A stretch of DNA of 35,731 nucleotides from a virus (lineage: Duplodnaviria > Caudoviricetes): positions 1 to 35,731 of IMG/VR virus record IMGVR_UViG_3300005739_000012; one strand, 5' to 3'. The notes under the pieces are model-generated. The model was given only the letters and a program-made list of their open reading frames with translations. It was not told the DNA's origin and did not search any database. Shown in pieces: positions 1 to 8,324 of the stretch. Made by a program: the position numbers and the translations under genes. Numbering within the stretch: the stretch's first letter is position 1; every line of letters begins with the position of its first letter.

Positions 1-222
1 ATGGGGTGCTGTGTGTGCGGCAAGACGCCCTGCGAGAACGCGCACATCAAGTCGGGCGGGATGGGGCGGAAGGCGGACTATCGCGAGATCATCCCGCTCT
101 GCTCGGCCTGCCACCGCAAGCAACACCAGAACGGCTGGAAGGCGCTCGGGCTAGACCAGCAGTTACTTGAGGGGCTGGCCTACATGACGCAGGTGGCGTG
201 GGCGACGAGGCCAGCGGACTAG
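1..222 (+). CDS. HNH/Ref-like (DUF968-type) Zn-binding nuclease, probably missing its N-terminus
   Basis: CxxC...H...PLCxxCH...H pattern (CCVCG, NAHIK, IPLCSACHRKQH). The ORF starts at base 1. Confidence 0.7.
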   Translation: MGCCVCGKTPCENAHIKSGGMGRKADYREIIPLCSACHRKQHQNGWKALGLDQQLLEGLAYMTQVAWATRPAD

Positions 223-226
223 ATAT

Positions 227-589
227 ATGCCTCTTAACCCATCAGGACTGCCCGCAATTGTCACAAAGATGCCCGTTAATTTTGATGTGTTTTGCGCTGT
301 AAAGGGTCTACCGATTCCGGTGGCGGAGTACCGGTTTCACCCGACCCGCAAGTGGCGGATGGATTGGGCGTGGCCCGAGCATCGCGTGGCGCTCGAGATT
401 GACGGCGGCGTCTGGGTGCGAGGGGCGCACGGCAGAGGCACTGGGATCGTGCGGGATCAGGAGAAGGGGCGGGAGGCGGCGGCATTGGGCTGGCGCGTCC
501 TGCGTTGTCAACCGAAGGAGCTGTTTACCGCGTCTGTCATTGACGCACTCACCCGCGCCCTCAAGTGGCGCATCACGGAGGAAGGATGA
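227..589 (+). CDS. Vsr/DUF559-like PD-(D/E)xK endonuclease
   Basis: EYRFHPTRKWRMDWAWP..VALEIDGG and GWRVLR motifs typical of this phage family. Confidence 0.75.
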   Translation: MPLNPSGLPAIVTKMPVNFDVFCAVKGLPIPVAEYRFHPTRKWRMDWAWPEHRVALEIDGGVWVRGAHGRGTGIVRDQEKGREAAALGWRVLRCQPKELFTASVIDALTRALKWRITEEG

Positions 590-855
590 CCGAAGGAACG
601 ATGTCAATCTCGGAAGCCGCCAAGACACTCGGCCTCTCGCGCCAGCTTGTTCACGCATGGATCAAGAAGGGCAAGCTTGAAGCGGTGCAGGTACAGGCGA
701 ACCGAGGGGCGTGGCACGTGTCAAAGGCGGCAGTCGAGAAGCTGATCGGCTCGGAGGAGCTAGCCCGCTCGCACCGCCAGCGGTCGGTCCTGCTTGGCAA
801 GCCCAAGCGCAGGGCCGTTGCATATGCAACTGATATGCAAACCGCTGTGGCGTAA
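586..855 (+). CDS. Excisionase-like (HTH_17) DNA-binding protein
   Basis: SISEAAKTLGLSRQLVHAWIKKGKLEA; ATGA overlap with the upstream stop, preceded by GGAGG. Confidence 0.75.
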   Translation: MTEGTMSISEAAKTLGLSRQLVHAWIKKGKLEAVQVQANRGAWHVSKAAVEKLIGSEELARSHRQRSVLLGKPKRRAVAYATDMQTAVA

Positions 856-872
856 AGGGTTAGAGGCAGGTA

Positions 873-900
873 TTGACAAACGGTTCGCGGGGTGTAGTTT
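873..900 (+). promoter_or_regulatory. Putative sigma70-type promoter
   Basis: TTGACA (873-878), 16 nt, TAGTTT (895-900), in an intergenic gap before a GGAGA-led ORF. Confidence 0.55.
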
Positions 901-935
901 TCATCGTGTAGTTCAACCCCGACCGGAGACTGACA

Positions 936-1136
936 ATGAAGATGCACCTCGCTTACGATGGCAATCTGCTGGCTTGCAACCCCAATCGTGGTGGGGTCAC
1001 CACTAGCAAGGGACAGCGTATGAGCGCCAAGCCCTCCGATGTTTCCTGCGCTTCATGCCGCAAAATCATTGAGCGTATGCGCCCGGAGTACGTTGCCAAG
1101 TTGGAAGCCGAGAACGTTTCCCGGTATGCACGATAA
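936..1136 (+). CDS. Small hypothetical protein, possible Zn-binding
   Basis: GGAGA SD; H..C...VSCASC motif. Confidence 0.65.
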   Translation: MKMHLAYDGNLLACNPNRGGVTTSKGQRMSAKPSDVSCASCRKIIERMRPEYVAKLEAENVSRYAR

Positions 1137-1191
1137 GCAAGTCCGCAACGGGCCGCACGGCGCGGCCCTCACCCCGACACGGAGAATCAAC

Positions 1192-1386
1192 ATGACCGCA
1201 GGTTACATCGCTCGCGCTATGCTTCAGAAGCACGGCCTCCGCTTGGCTCGCGTCAAGATCGGCGCTCGGGCCTTCCGGTACGAGTACGTCTTGCCCGCCA
1301 TCAAGGGCGGCTATGACGCGCACGACATCGCTCGCGCTACGCTTTGGCATTCTGTCAACCGCGCCCTCGACCGGGTTCCCGAATGA
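1192..1386 (+). CDS. Hypothetical protein (64 aa)
   Basis: ATG at 1192 after GGAGA SD; stop overlaps the next ATG. Confidence 0.65.
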   Translation: MTAGYIARAMLQKHGLRLARVKIGARAFRYEYVLPAIKGGYDAHDIARATLWHSVNRALDRVPE

Positions 1387-1898
1387 CCGAGTGGCACCTG
1401 ATCAACAACGATGGCAACATCGTTCGCACCGTCATCGCCTCGACCAAGCGCGAGGCCGAGCAGATCCTCGGTCCTCGCGGGACGATTGTGTCGGCCTTGT
1501 CGTGGAAGCACGACTACCACCGCTGGCGTCCGGTGCGGACCGTCGTGACGGAAATCGTGCAACCCAAAGAGAAGCGTCGGAAACTTCCGGCCCCAGAACT
1601 CAAGCCCGGCTACATCACCGTCAATCAGATGCGGCGACAATTCGATGCGCGGGAAGGCAAGATCCGCCGCGTCATCCAGCAATACGGCATCCCGCACGAA
1701 CTAGTCCTCTATCAAGGCCGCTGGTTACAGACCTATAGCCCCAAGAACGCCAAACGCATCAAGAAGCACCTCGACGCCCAGCCCGAGCGTATCATGGCGC
1801 GGTCGGCGGTGGAGAAGCGGCGGCAAGCCTATCTCGAGCGGATGCGGCAGTATTACCTTCAGAAGGCACACTCACACAAAGCACGGAGGGCGGTATGA
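1383..1898 (+). CDS. Basic hypothetical protein, possible DNA-binding
   Basis: ATGA coupling at both ends; Arg/Lys-rich with an HTH-like central segment. Confidence 0.65.
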   Translation: MTEWHLINNDGNIVRTVIASTKREAEQILGPRGTIVSALSWKHDYHRWRPVRTVVTEIVQPKEKRRKLPAPELKPGYITVNQMRRQFDAREGKIRRVIQQYGIPHELVLYQGRWLQTYSPKNAKRIKKHLDAQPERIMARSAVEKRRQAYLERMRQYYLQKAHSHKARRAV

Positions 1899-2098
1899 TC
1901 GAGACGGTCATCATTGCGGGCGTGGTGGGGTCGGCGGCTGGCGTCCTCATCGCCAAGCTCTACCTCGCCGGGAAAGCCCAAGACAAAGCCACCGACGCCT
2001 ACGAGGAAGGCTGGGCGCATGGCTATGACGTTGGCAACAAGCACTCCCACAATTTGCACGGCACCGCGTCCGTCGATGACGGCGAGGAGGTCGAGTGA
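1895..2098 (+). CDS. Small membrane protein
   Basis: GGAGG SD; N-terminal hydrophobic helix; AYEEGWAHGYDVG motif. Confidence 0.65.
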   Translation: MIETVIIAGVVGSAAGVLIAKLYLAGKAQDKATDAYEEGWAHGYDVGNKHSHNLHGTASVDDGEEVE

Positions 2099-2214
2099 TC
2101 ATCCGTTGCCCCGTCTGCGACGAAGGCCGCACGGACCTCGCCGCTATCAAGACCCATAACATCCTCTGCGCCGAGTTTGGCGAGCGGTCCTACCCGGCCC
2201 CAGTCTATGCGTAA
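2095..2214 (+). CDS. 39-aa putative Zn-finger peptide (not in ORF track)
   Basis: GTGA overlap, GAGGAGG SD; translates as MIIRCPVCDEGRTDLAAIKTHNILCAEF... Confidence 0.5.
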   Translation: MIIRCPVCDEGRTDLAAIKTHNILCAEFGERSYPAPVYA

Positions 2215-2338
2215 GGCGCTCGACATCGCGGCGACCATCGCCTTGCTTGCCTGCACCATTCCGCTCGTTCTCTTGCTTGCTCTCACGCGCATCCCAGCGA
2301 ACTACCTCAAGCGGAGGAACTATGGCAGGGGACTTTGA
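2207..2338 (+). CDS. 43-aa membrane peptide (not in ORF track)
   Basis: MRKALDIAATIALLACTIPLVLLLALTRIPANYLKRR...; fills the gap between coupled ORFs. Confidence 0.5.
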   Translation: MRKALDIAATIALLACTIPLVLLLALTRIPANYLKRRNYGRGL

Positions 2339-2489
2339 CATCGGCCCAGCCGACTACGAGGCAGACATGAGCGAGAACGGCAAAGGCGACACCCCACGGC
2401 CTATCGTCGTGAATCAGGAAACCTACAAGAAGAACTGGGAGCAGACGTTCCCCAAGCCACAGGAGACCCTCGGCAACCCCGAGGAGTAA
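2322..2489 (+). CDS. Small conserved-type phage protein
   Basis: GGAGG SD; GKGDxPRP...YxxNWxxxF motif that I recognise from small phage proteins. Confidence 0.6.
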   Translation: MAGDFDIGPADYEADMSENGKGDTPRPIVVNQETYKKNWEQTFPKPQETLGNPEE

Positions 2490-2494
2490 TCTGC

Positions 2495-3058
2495 GTGGGC
2501 TTTTCGCTTCCCGTCCCCTCTTGGGTCATCTCCCAGAGTCGGGACTATGTGCAGGCGCACCAACTCGGGCATCGCGGTGATGGAAGCGACGGCACGATGG
2601 AGCAGGCGTTCGTCGGCGTGATCGGGCAGAACATGGTCCACTTGGCTTTCGGGCGTCCGCTCATGCACGGCGACTCCGGCTTCGACGGCGGCGTGGATGT
2701 GGAACTGTTCGGCCTCGGCGTGGATGTCAAGACGATGGGGCGGACCACGGACCCCCGCGACGAGTACGTCAACAATGTCATGGCGTCCCAAGTCTGCTAC
2801 CAGTCCGACGCCTACTTGTTCCTCTCGTTCAACAAGTCATCGCAAGTCTTGACGGTCTGCGGCTGGATACCGAAGGAACTCTTTCTCCACCGCGCCACAT
2901 TGTACCGCAAGGACGAACTGCGACACCGCTCGGACGGCACGACCTTCCCCTGCAAGGCGGATATGTACGAAATCCCCAACGCCTCGCTCTACCGGGCAAG
3001 CGATTGGCCCGCGCTCATCGTGCAGATCTACCACTACACCCAACTCTTTGCCTCGTGA
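2495..3058 (+). CDS. Restriction-endonuclease-like PD-(D/E)xK protein
   Basis: GFDGGVDVELFGLGVDVKT resembles the D...DxK catalytic motif. Confidence 0.55.
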   Translation: MGFSLPVPSWVISQSRDYVQAHQLGHRGDGSDGTMEQAFVGVIGQNMVHLAFGRPLMHGDSGFDGGVDVELFGLGVDVKTMGRTTDPRDEYVNNVMASQVCYQSDAYLFLSFNKSSQVLTVCGWIPKELFLHRATLYRKDELRHRSDGTTFPCKADMYEIPNASLYRASDWPALIVQIYHYTQLFAS

Positions 3059-3699
3059 CAATCCGCGCCTCTGTCCTCATCGCCTCACATCGTCAGCAGT
3101 TCCTCCCGCGAGCGATTGCCTCGGTGTTCGCCCAAACGTTGCCCAAGCACGAACTCCAACTGCTCGTCAACTACTCGGCAGACCCCGCGCTGTTCCTGAC
3201 CAACTGGAACGACCTCTGCTCGATTGCCAAAGGCGAGTACGTCTGCATCTTGGGCGACGATGACACGATGGAACCCGCGTATATCCAAACGTGTATAGCG
3301 GCCCTTGACGCATCAGGCGCGGACATCGCCTATACGGACGTTTACTATCGCGACGGAACGGGACGCCTCATTGATACGTACCGTCCACCCGGCGTCATCA
3401 CGCTCGACACGATGCGCGAAGGCAACGCCATCTGGTCCAGCTCCATCGTCAGACGCGAGCTTTGGCAACGCATCGGCGGCTACGATATGCCCATCCCCTA
3501 CGTCCACGACTACGACTTCTGGGTGCGCTGTCTCAAGGCCGGTGCCAAGACCGAGTACGTGCCAATCATCGGCTGGAACCACTACGCGCACAACGAAGGC
3601 CGCGTCACCACGACCTCTGACAAGACCGAGGCGTGGGCCGCGTTCGATCGCAAGCACCCCGGCTTCCGGTTGACAGGACAGAAAGGCATAGTAGGTTAG
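3055..3699 (+). CDS. Glycosyltransferase family 2 (GT-A fold)
   Basis: SVLIAS..FLPRAIASVFAQT, AKGEYVCILGDDD (DxD), IGGYD, HDYDFWVR; GTGA-coupled start. Confidence 0.9.
   Translation: MTIRASVLIASHRQQFLPRAIASVFAQTLPKHELQLLVNYSADPALFLTNWNDLCSIAKGEYVCILGDDDTMEPAYIQTCIAALDASGADIAYTDVYYRDGTGRLIDTYRPPGVITLDTMREGNAIWSSSIVRRELWQRIGGYDMPIPYVHDYDFWVRCLKAGAKTEYVPIIGWNHYAHNEGRVTTTSDKTEAWAAFDRKHPGFRLTGQKGIVG
3670..3697 (+). promoter_or_regulatory. Putative promoter for packaging genes
   Basis: TTGACA (3670-3675), 16 nt, TAGGTT (3692-3697); ATG follows 7 nt later. Confidence 0.4.
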
Positions 3700-3704
3700 A
3701 CAGC

Positions 3705-3989
3705 ATGGCATACCCGAAAGGCAAGCCGCGTCCGCCGGGTTCTGGACGCGCCAAAGGCACCCCGAACAAGGCGACCAAGACCATCCGCGAGGCGTGGATC
3801 GAGGCGTTCAACCTCGTCAACGAGCGCATCCCCTTGCACGAGTGGGGGTCGCAGAACCCCGAGAAGTTCTATCCGCTCGCCACAAAGCTTATCCCCATCG
3901 ACGTGACCTCTGGCGACAAGCCGCTCGCCCCATCCTCTATCCGCGTGGAACTGGTAGCCGCCAATGCCGATGCCGACCCCGAATCCTGA
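3705..3989 (+). CDS. terS: Terminase small subunit (putative)
   Basis: GSGRAKGTPNKAT N-terminal motif, IDVTSGDKPL C-terminal motif; lies upstream of TerL. Confidence 0.7.
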   Translation: MAYPKGKPRPPGSGRAKGTPNKATKTIREAWIEAFNLVNERIPLHEWGSQNPEKFYPLATKLIPIDVTSGDKPLAPSSIRVELVAANADADPES

Positions 3990-4131
3990 CGAGAGCAAGG
4001 ACGACTTCATCGCTCGGTGCCTTGCCAATCCGACGATGAACGCGGACTATCCCGATAACGCGCAACGCTACGCCGTCTGCCAAGCGCAATGGTCAGAGGA
4101 GCGCGAGGGCAAGTTTAGCTCCGGCGTGTGA
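3964..4131 (+). CDS. 55-aa head-module protein (not in ORF track)
   Basis: MPMPTPNPDESKDDFIARCLANPTMNADYPDNAQRYAVCQAQW...; stop overlaps the TerL GTG. Confidence 0.7.
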   Translation: MPMPTPNPDESKDDFIARCLANPTMNADYPDNAQRYAVCQAQWSEEREGKFSSGV

Positions 4132-5327
4132 CAGCCCTCCACGTCCCGACCCCCAAAGCGTTCGGGTTCCTCTATACGCCAACCATCGGGGGCGTCCGTT
4201 ACCGCGTGGCCTTTGGCGGTCGAGGCTCTGCCAAGTCGTGGCAGTTTGCCCGCGCTTTGCTTGTGCATGGCCTCTCCCAGCCGCTCCGCATCCTGTGTGC
4301 GCGTGAGTACCAAGCCAGCATCCGCGACTCGGTGCATCGGGTCTTGGCGGATCAGGTGACGCGGCTCGGCCTTGACAACTTCTACACGGTGCAGGAGTCC
4401 GCCATCTTGGGAGCCAACGGCACCGAGTTCCTGTTCAAGGGTCTGCGCCGCGACATCGCGCAAATTAAGTCAACGGAAGGCATTGACATCTGCTGGGTCG
4501 AGGAAGCCGAGGCGGTGTCGGACTCAAGCTGGCGCACACTCATCCCCACCATCCGCAAGGACAACTCCGAAATCTGGGTGACGTTCAACCCGGCGATGGA
4601 ATCGGACTCGACGTACCAGCGGTTCATTGTCAAGTCGCCCGAGCGGTCGATCGTCCGCAAAGTCTCCTACACGGACAACCCGTGGTTCCCCGAGGTGCTG
4701 AAGCAGGAGGCGGACGCTCTGCTCAAGGCCGACCCCGAGGCGCACGCGCACGTGTGGGGCGGGAAGCCGTGGGCGCGGTCGGACGCACAGGTGTTGGCAG
4801 GCAAGTGGCGCGTGATGGACTTCACGCCAGAGAAGGGCTGGCAGGGGCCGTACTTCGGAGCCGACTGGGGCTTCTCGCACGACCCGACGGTCCTCGTCAA
4901 GTGCTACACGCACGACAACCGGCTCTACCTCGACCATGAGGCCGGTGGTATCCAACTGGATACAGATGCCCTGACCCGCGCCTTTGACAGCGTACCTGAT
5001 GCGCGGGCCTTTGTCATCCGGGCGGACTCGGCGCGGCCCGAGACCATAGCCGAGATGAAGAAGCGCGGGTTCCGGTGCGAGGGCGCACCCAAGTGGTCGG
5101 GGTCCGTGCAAGATGGCATCCAGCACCTCCGCTCCTATACTGACATCGTGATTCACCCGCGTTGCAAGCGAGCCATCGAGGAAGCCCGGCTCTGGCGCTA
5201 CAAGACCGACCCGCGCACCGACGAGGTGTTGCCGCATCTGGTGGCTGGCAATGACCACGTGTGGGACGCCGTGCGGTATGCGTTAGCGCCCCTTATCAAG
5301 AAGGGGCCGTCGGTCTTTGTCGTGTAA
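4128..5327 (+). CDS. terL: Terminase large subunit, PBSX/SPP1-like
   Basis: Walker A GGRGSAKS, Walker B WVEEAE, TFNP, nuclease motifs GADWG, ADSARPE, DHVWDAVRYA. Confidence 0.95.
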   Translation: MTALHVPTPKAFGFLYTPTIGGVRYRVAFGGRGSAKSWQFARALLVHGLSQPLRILCAREYQASIRDSVHRVLADQVTRLGLDNFYTVQESAILGANGTEFLFKGLRRDIAQIKSTEGIDICWVEEAEAVSDSSWRTLIPTIRKDNSEIWVTFNPAMESDSTYQRFIVKSPERSIVRKVSYTDNPWFPEVLKQEADALLKADPEAHAHVWGGKPWARSDAQVLAGKWRVMDFTPEKGWQGPYFGADWGFSHDPTVLVKCYTHDNRLYLDHEAGGIQLDTDALTRAFDSVPDARAFVIRADSARPETIAEMKKRGFRCEGAPKWSGSVQDGIQHLRSYTDIVIHPRCKRAIEEARLWRYKTDPRTDEVLPHLVAGNDHVWDAVRYALAPLIKKGPSVFVV

Positions 5328-5396
5328 GGGGTTGCGCCGTTGCTTGCTTTCGCGTTAGTCTTGTAGCGCGGCAGACTCCTAACGCGGGGCCATCAT

Positions 5397-8312
5397 TTGT
5401 CCGATCGCAAGTCCTTACTACTGCGCGTGAGCGATGCGCTACGCGCCTTGTCAGGGAGTGGTGAGTCCGCCCGCTCCATCATGCCAGTGACGTATCCGAA
5501 CTGGCCCAACGGCACCCAGCAGATGCAGTTGGTCCGCACGGCGGACCCAAGCGAGTACCGCCGCGATGGACGCACGATCCGTGTGCAGGGCTTCAACGCC
5601 CATCCAGTCGTTCATGCGTGCATCCGCGTGGTGGCTGACATCATGGCCTCCGTCCCGCTGGTGGTGCTGAAGGAGAAGGGCGATTACGAGTCTCGAGTGG
5701 GCGATGACCACCCGCTCCAGAAGCTCCTCGACTATCCCGGCCCGCGCTTTACGGCCCGCCAGTTCCGCGCCAAGTTCGCGGTGGACTTCTTGGGCTACGG
5801 CAACTCGTTCTTCGTGATGGAGCGCACCAACCCGAACCGCCCGCCGGTCGCGCTTCGCCCGGTCAATGCCGAGTCGCTTCAGCAGGTCTGGATTGACCCC
5901 GAGGGCGACCCGCGCCGGTACGATTACGCGAACTGGGCTGGCATCATCGTCAATGTGCTGACCGAGGATATGCTTCATTTCCGCGACTTGGAGATGGGGC
6001 GTCCGTTCGAGGCCGATGTGTTCGGCTATCCGCGTGGGGCTACCGCTATCGGCTCCATCTTGGCGGACAACGAGGCCACGCAGTACGTCAGGCAGGTCGT
6101 GACCAACGACGGCACCCCGACCTTCGCGGTGCTGATGGCTGACGAGGCTAGCACGGAAGATGCCGTGGCGATGCAGGACCGCTACACGGCCCGCGTGGTG
6201 GACCGAGGCAAGCGCGGCGTTCCGGCCTTCTTCGGCGCGGTCAAGGACATCAAGCCGCTCGGTTTCACGCTCTCCGATCTCGAGTTCCCAGACCTCCGGC
6301 GCGTCTCGCGTGAGGACATCTGCGCGGCGTTCGGCGTGGACCCTCGCATGATCGGCATCGCCTCGGCGTCCAGCGACGGCGGGCTGTCTGGCATACAGTA
6401 CGCGGAAGCCCGTGCGCGTCTCGTCCAGCACACGATTGAGCCGCTGTTCTCGGCCTTCGAGGACGAACTCAACCATTGGCTCGCGCCCGAGTTTGGCGAT
6501 GTCTGGGTGACCTACGACCACGACATCCTGCGCGATCTCGTCGAGAACGACACCGAGACCTCGACCCGCGTGCGGGCCGAGTTCGATGCGGGGCTTCGCA
6601 CGTGGGAGGAGAGCCGCCGGGCCATCAAGCTCTCGCCGCTTCCAGAGCCGACCGACAGCTTGCTGAAGGTGATGGGGCGCGACCTCATCCCCGCCGCTGT
6701 CGCGGTGATCGACCCCTCAACCATCATGGACGAGCCACCCGCGACCGACAACGAGCCTGCCTCACCAGAGGCGGAGTCCAAGCCGTCGCCGGAGTCGGAG
6801 GCCGATTCGGACTTCGGAGACAGCGAGCAGTTGGTCGAGGAAGAGACCGGACGCCGCATCCCGCGTCATCGCATCCGCGCCTACGCCGAGGACGGTCTCT
6901 CGGGCGATCAGGTCGAGGCGCTGACCGAGTTGCTGGACGAGCTGGTTGAGAAGGAACTCCCGCGCCCGACCGTTGAGGCGCTGATTCAGGCCGCGTTCCC
7001 GAAGATGGACCGCGAGCTGATTGCCAAGATGCTTGACGGACTCGAAGGCTTCGAGGAGCCGGAAGAAGAGCCGGAGATGCCGGAGGGCGAGATGCCCGAG
7101 GCTCCCGAGGACGAGGAGGAGATGTCGGTCTCGCGGGCGGAGGAGGTCACGAACTTCCCCGAGGACGGCGACGATAAGAAGGTCACGCTCCGCAACTCGC
7201 AGTACGCGCTCTTCCCCGTTGGCGAAGCCGAGGATCTGAAAGAGAACTATCCCGAGATTTGGTCGAAGGGCGGCAACGTCAAGGGCAACGAGCAGTTCGC
7301 CAAGCTCGCGCCGATTGCCAAGCGCGGCGGCGTCCCTGACGGTGAGGCCGAGGAGAACGCTATCCGGCTCCGTGAGGCGTGGGTCGCCCGGCACCGTGGC
7401 GACTTCCAGCTTGCCGGGGTCGTGGCGCAGATCAAGTGGCTCGCGGTCGGTGACCGAGGGCTGGACCACATGCGGAAGGTCATCCGCGAGGCGAAGGACG
7501 CGCTCAAGGATCGGAGCGAGGCCGAAGACCCGATGATGCGGAAGCGGGCCATCTGGGAGCGGGCCAACGCCGAACTCGACCGCACCGAGCAGACGTACAA
7601 GGCGACGGCAGAGGCGTTGTTCCGTGCCGAGCGCCCGAAGGTCACCAAGTCCATCTCGACGGCCCAGAGCTTTGCCGAGGCTCGTGCGCGGGTCCGTGCG
7701 GCCTACACGCCGGGCGGGGAACTTGAGGAAAACTGGCGCGAGTCCTTTACCCCGCTCGTCTCCAAGAGCTACGCCTTCGGCGCGACCGAGGTGGCAGGGG
7801 CAGGCGCGGCAGTCGCCGCCGATACAGTCGAGGCGGGGCTGACTGGGCGGTCGGTGCAGAGTGTCCGTGAGGCGATCCGCAAGCGGACCCAGCGGCTCTC
7901 GCAACTGATTGGCGATACCACTGCGAAGGAGGTCTTGGCGGTCATCGAGGCGTCCGAGCGCGGGGGTTTGACGGTCACAGAGACGGCCCGACTCGTCAGC
8001 CGAGCGGTCTATGGCGAGGACAAGGTGACCTCACGCTCCACGGCGATTGCCCGCACCGAGTCGGCTGGGGCATTGTCGCAGGGGTCGTGGGATCAGGCGA
8101 AGGAGATGGGCGACCTGTACCAGAGCAAGGAATGGCTGGCGTTCTCGGATGCCGAGACCCGCGAGAGCCACACCGCGTGCATGGCGCAGGGCCGCATCCA
8201 GATTGACACGCCGTTCCAGAACGGCCTGATGTATCCGCTCGATCCGTCTGGGTCGGCGTCCGAAGTGATCAACTGCCGCTGTGTGTTGGCGTACAGCGAC
8301 GAACCAGCGTAA
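5397..8312 (+). CDS. HK97-family portal protein fused to acidic linkers, extra domains and a C-terminal MuF domain
   Basis: Portal motifs (HPLQKLLDYP, GNSF, MLHFR, ICAAFGVDPRMIG); MuF C-terminus (IARTE, KEWL, TRESH, EVINCRCVL); uninterrupted frame with TTG start. Confidence 0.9.
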   Translation: MSDRKSLLLRVSDALRALSGSGESARSIMPVTYPNWPNGTQQMQLVRTADPSEYRRDGRTIRVQGFNAHPVVHACIRVVADIMASVPLVVLKEKGDYESRVGDDHPLQKLLDYPGPRFTARQFRAKFAVDFLGYGNSFFVMERTNPNRPPVALRPVNAESLQQVWIDPEGDPRRYDYANWAGIIVNVLTEDMLHFRDLEMGRPFEADVFGYPRGATAIGSILADNEATQYVRQVVTNDGTPTFAVLMADEASTEDAVAMQDRYTARVVDRGKRGVPAFFGAVKDIKPLGFTLSDLEFPDLRRVSREDICAAFGVDPRMIGIASASSDGGLSGIQYAEARARLVQHTIEPLFSAFEDELNHWLAPEFGDVWVTYDHDILRDLVENDTETSTRVRAEFDAGLRTWEESRRAIKLSPLPEPTDSLLKVMGRDLIPAAVAVIDPSTIMDEPPATDNEPASPEAESKPSPESEADSDFGDSEQLVEEETGRRIPRHRIRAYAEDGLSGDQVEALTELLDELVEKELPRPTVEALIQAAFPKMDRELIAKMLDGLEGFEEPEEEPEMPEGEMPEAPEDEEEMSVSRAEEVTNFPEDGDDKKVTLRNSQYALFPVGEAEDLKENYPEIWSKGGNVKGNEQFAKLAPIAKRGGVPDGEAEENAIRLREAWVARHRGDFQLAGVVAQIKWLAVGDRGLDHMRKVIREAKDALKDRSEAEDPMMRKRAIWERANAELDRTEQTYKATAEALFRAERPKVTKSISTAQSFAEARARVRAAYTPGGELEENWRESFTPLVSKSYAFGATEVAGAGAAVAADTVEAGLTGRSVQSVREAIRKRTQRLSQLIGDTTAKEVLAVIEASERGGLTVTETARLVSRAVYGEDKVTSRSTAIARTESAGALSQGSWDQAKEMGDLYQSKEWLAFSDAETRESHTACMAQGRIQIDTPFQNGLMYPLDPSGSASEVINCRCVLAYSDEPA

Positions 8313-8324
8313 GAGGGTATACCA

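Noticed and set aside
586-855. Excisionase implying an integrated prophage
   Set aside because: No integrase, att-like repeat or host genes are visible; this HTH family is also common as a regulator.
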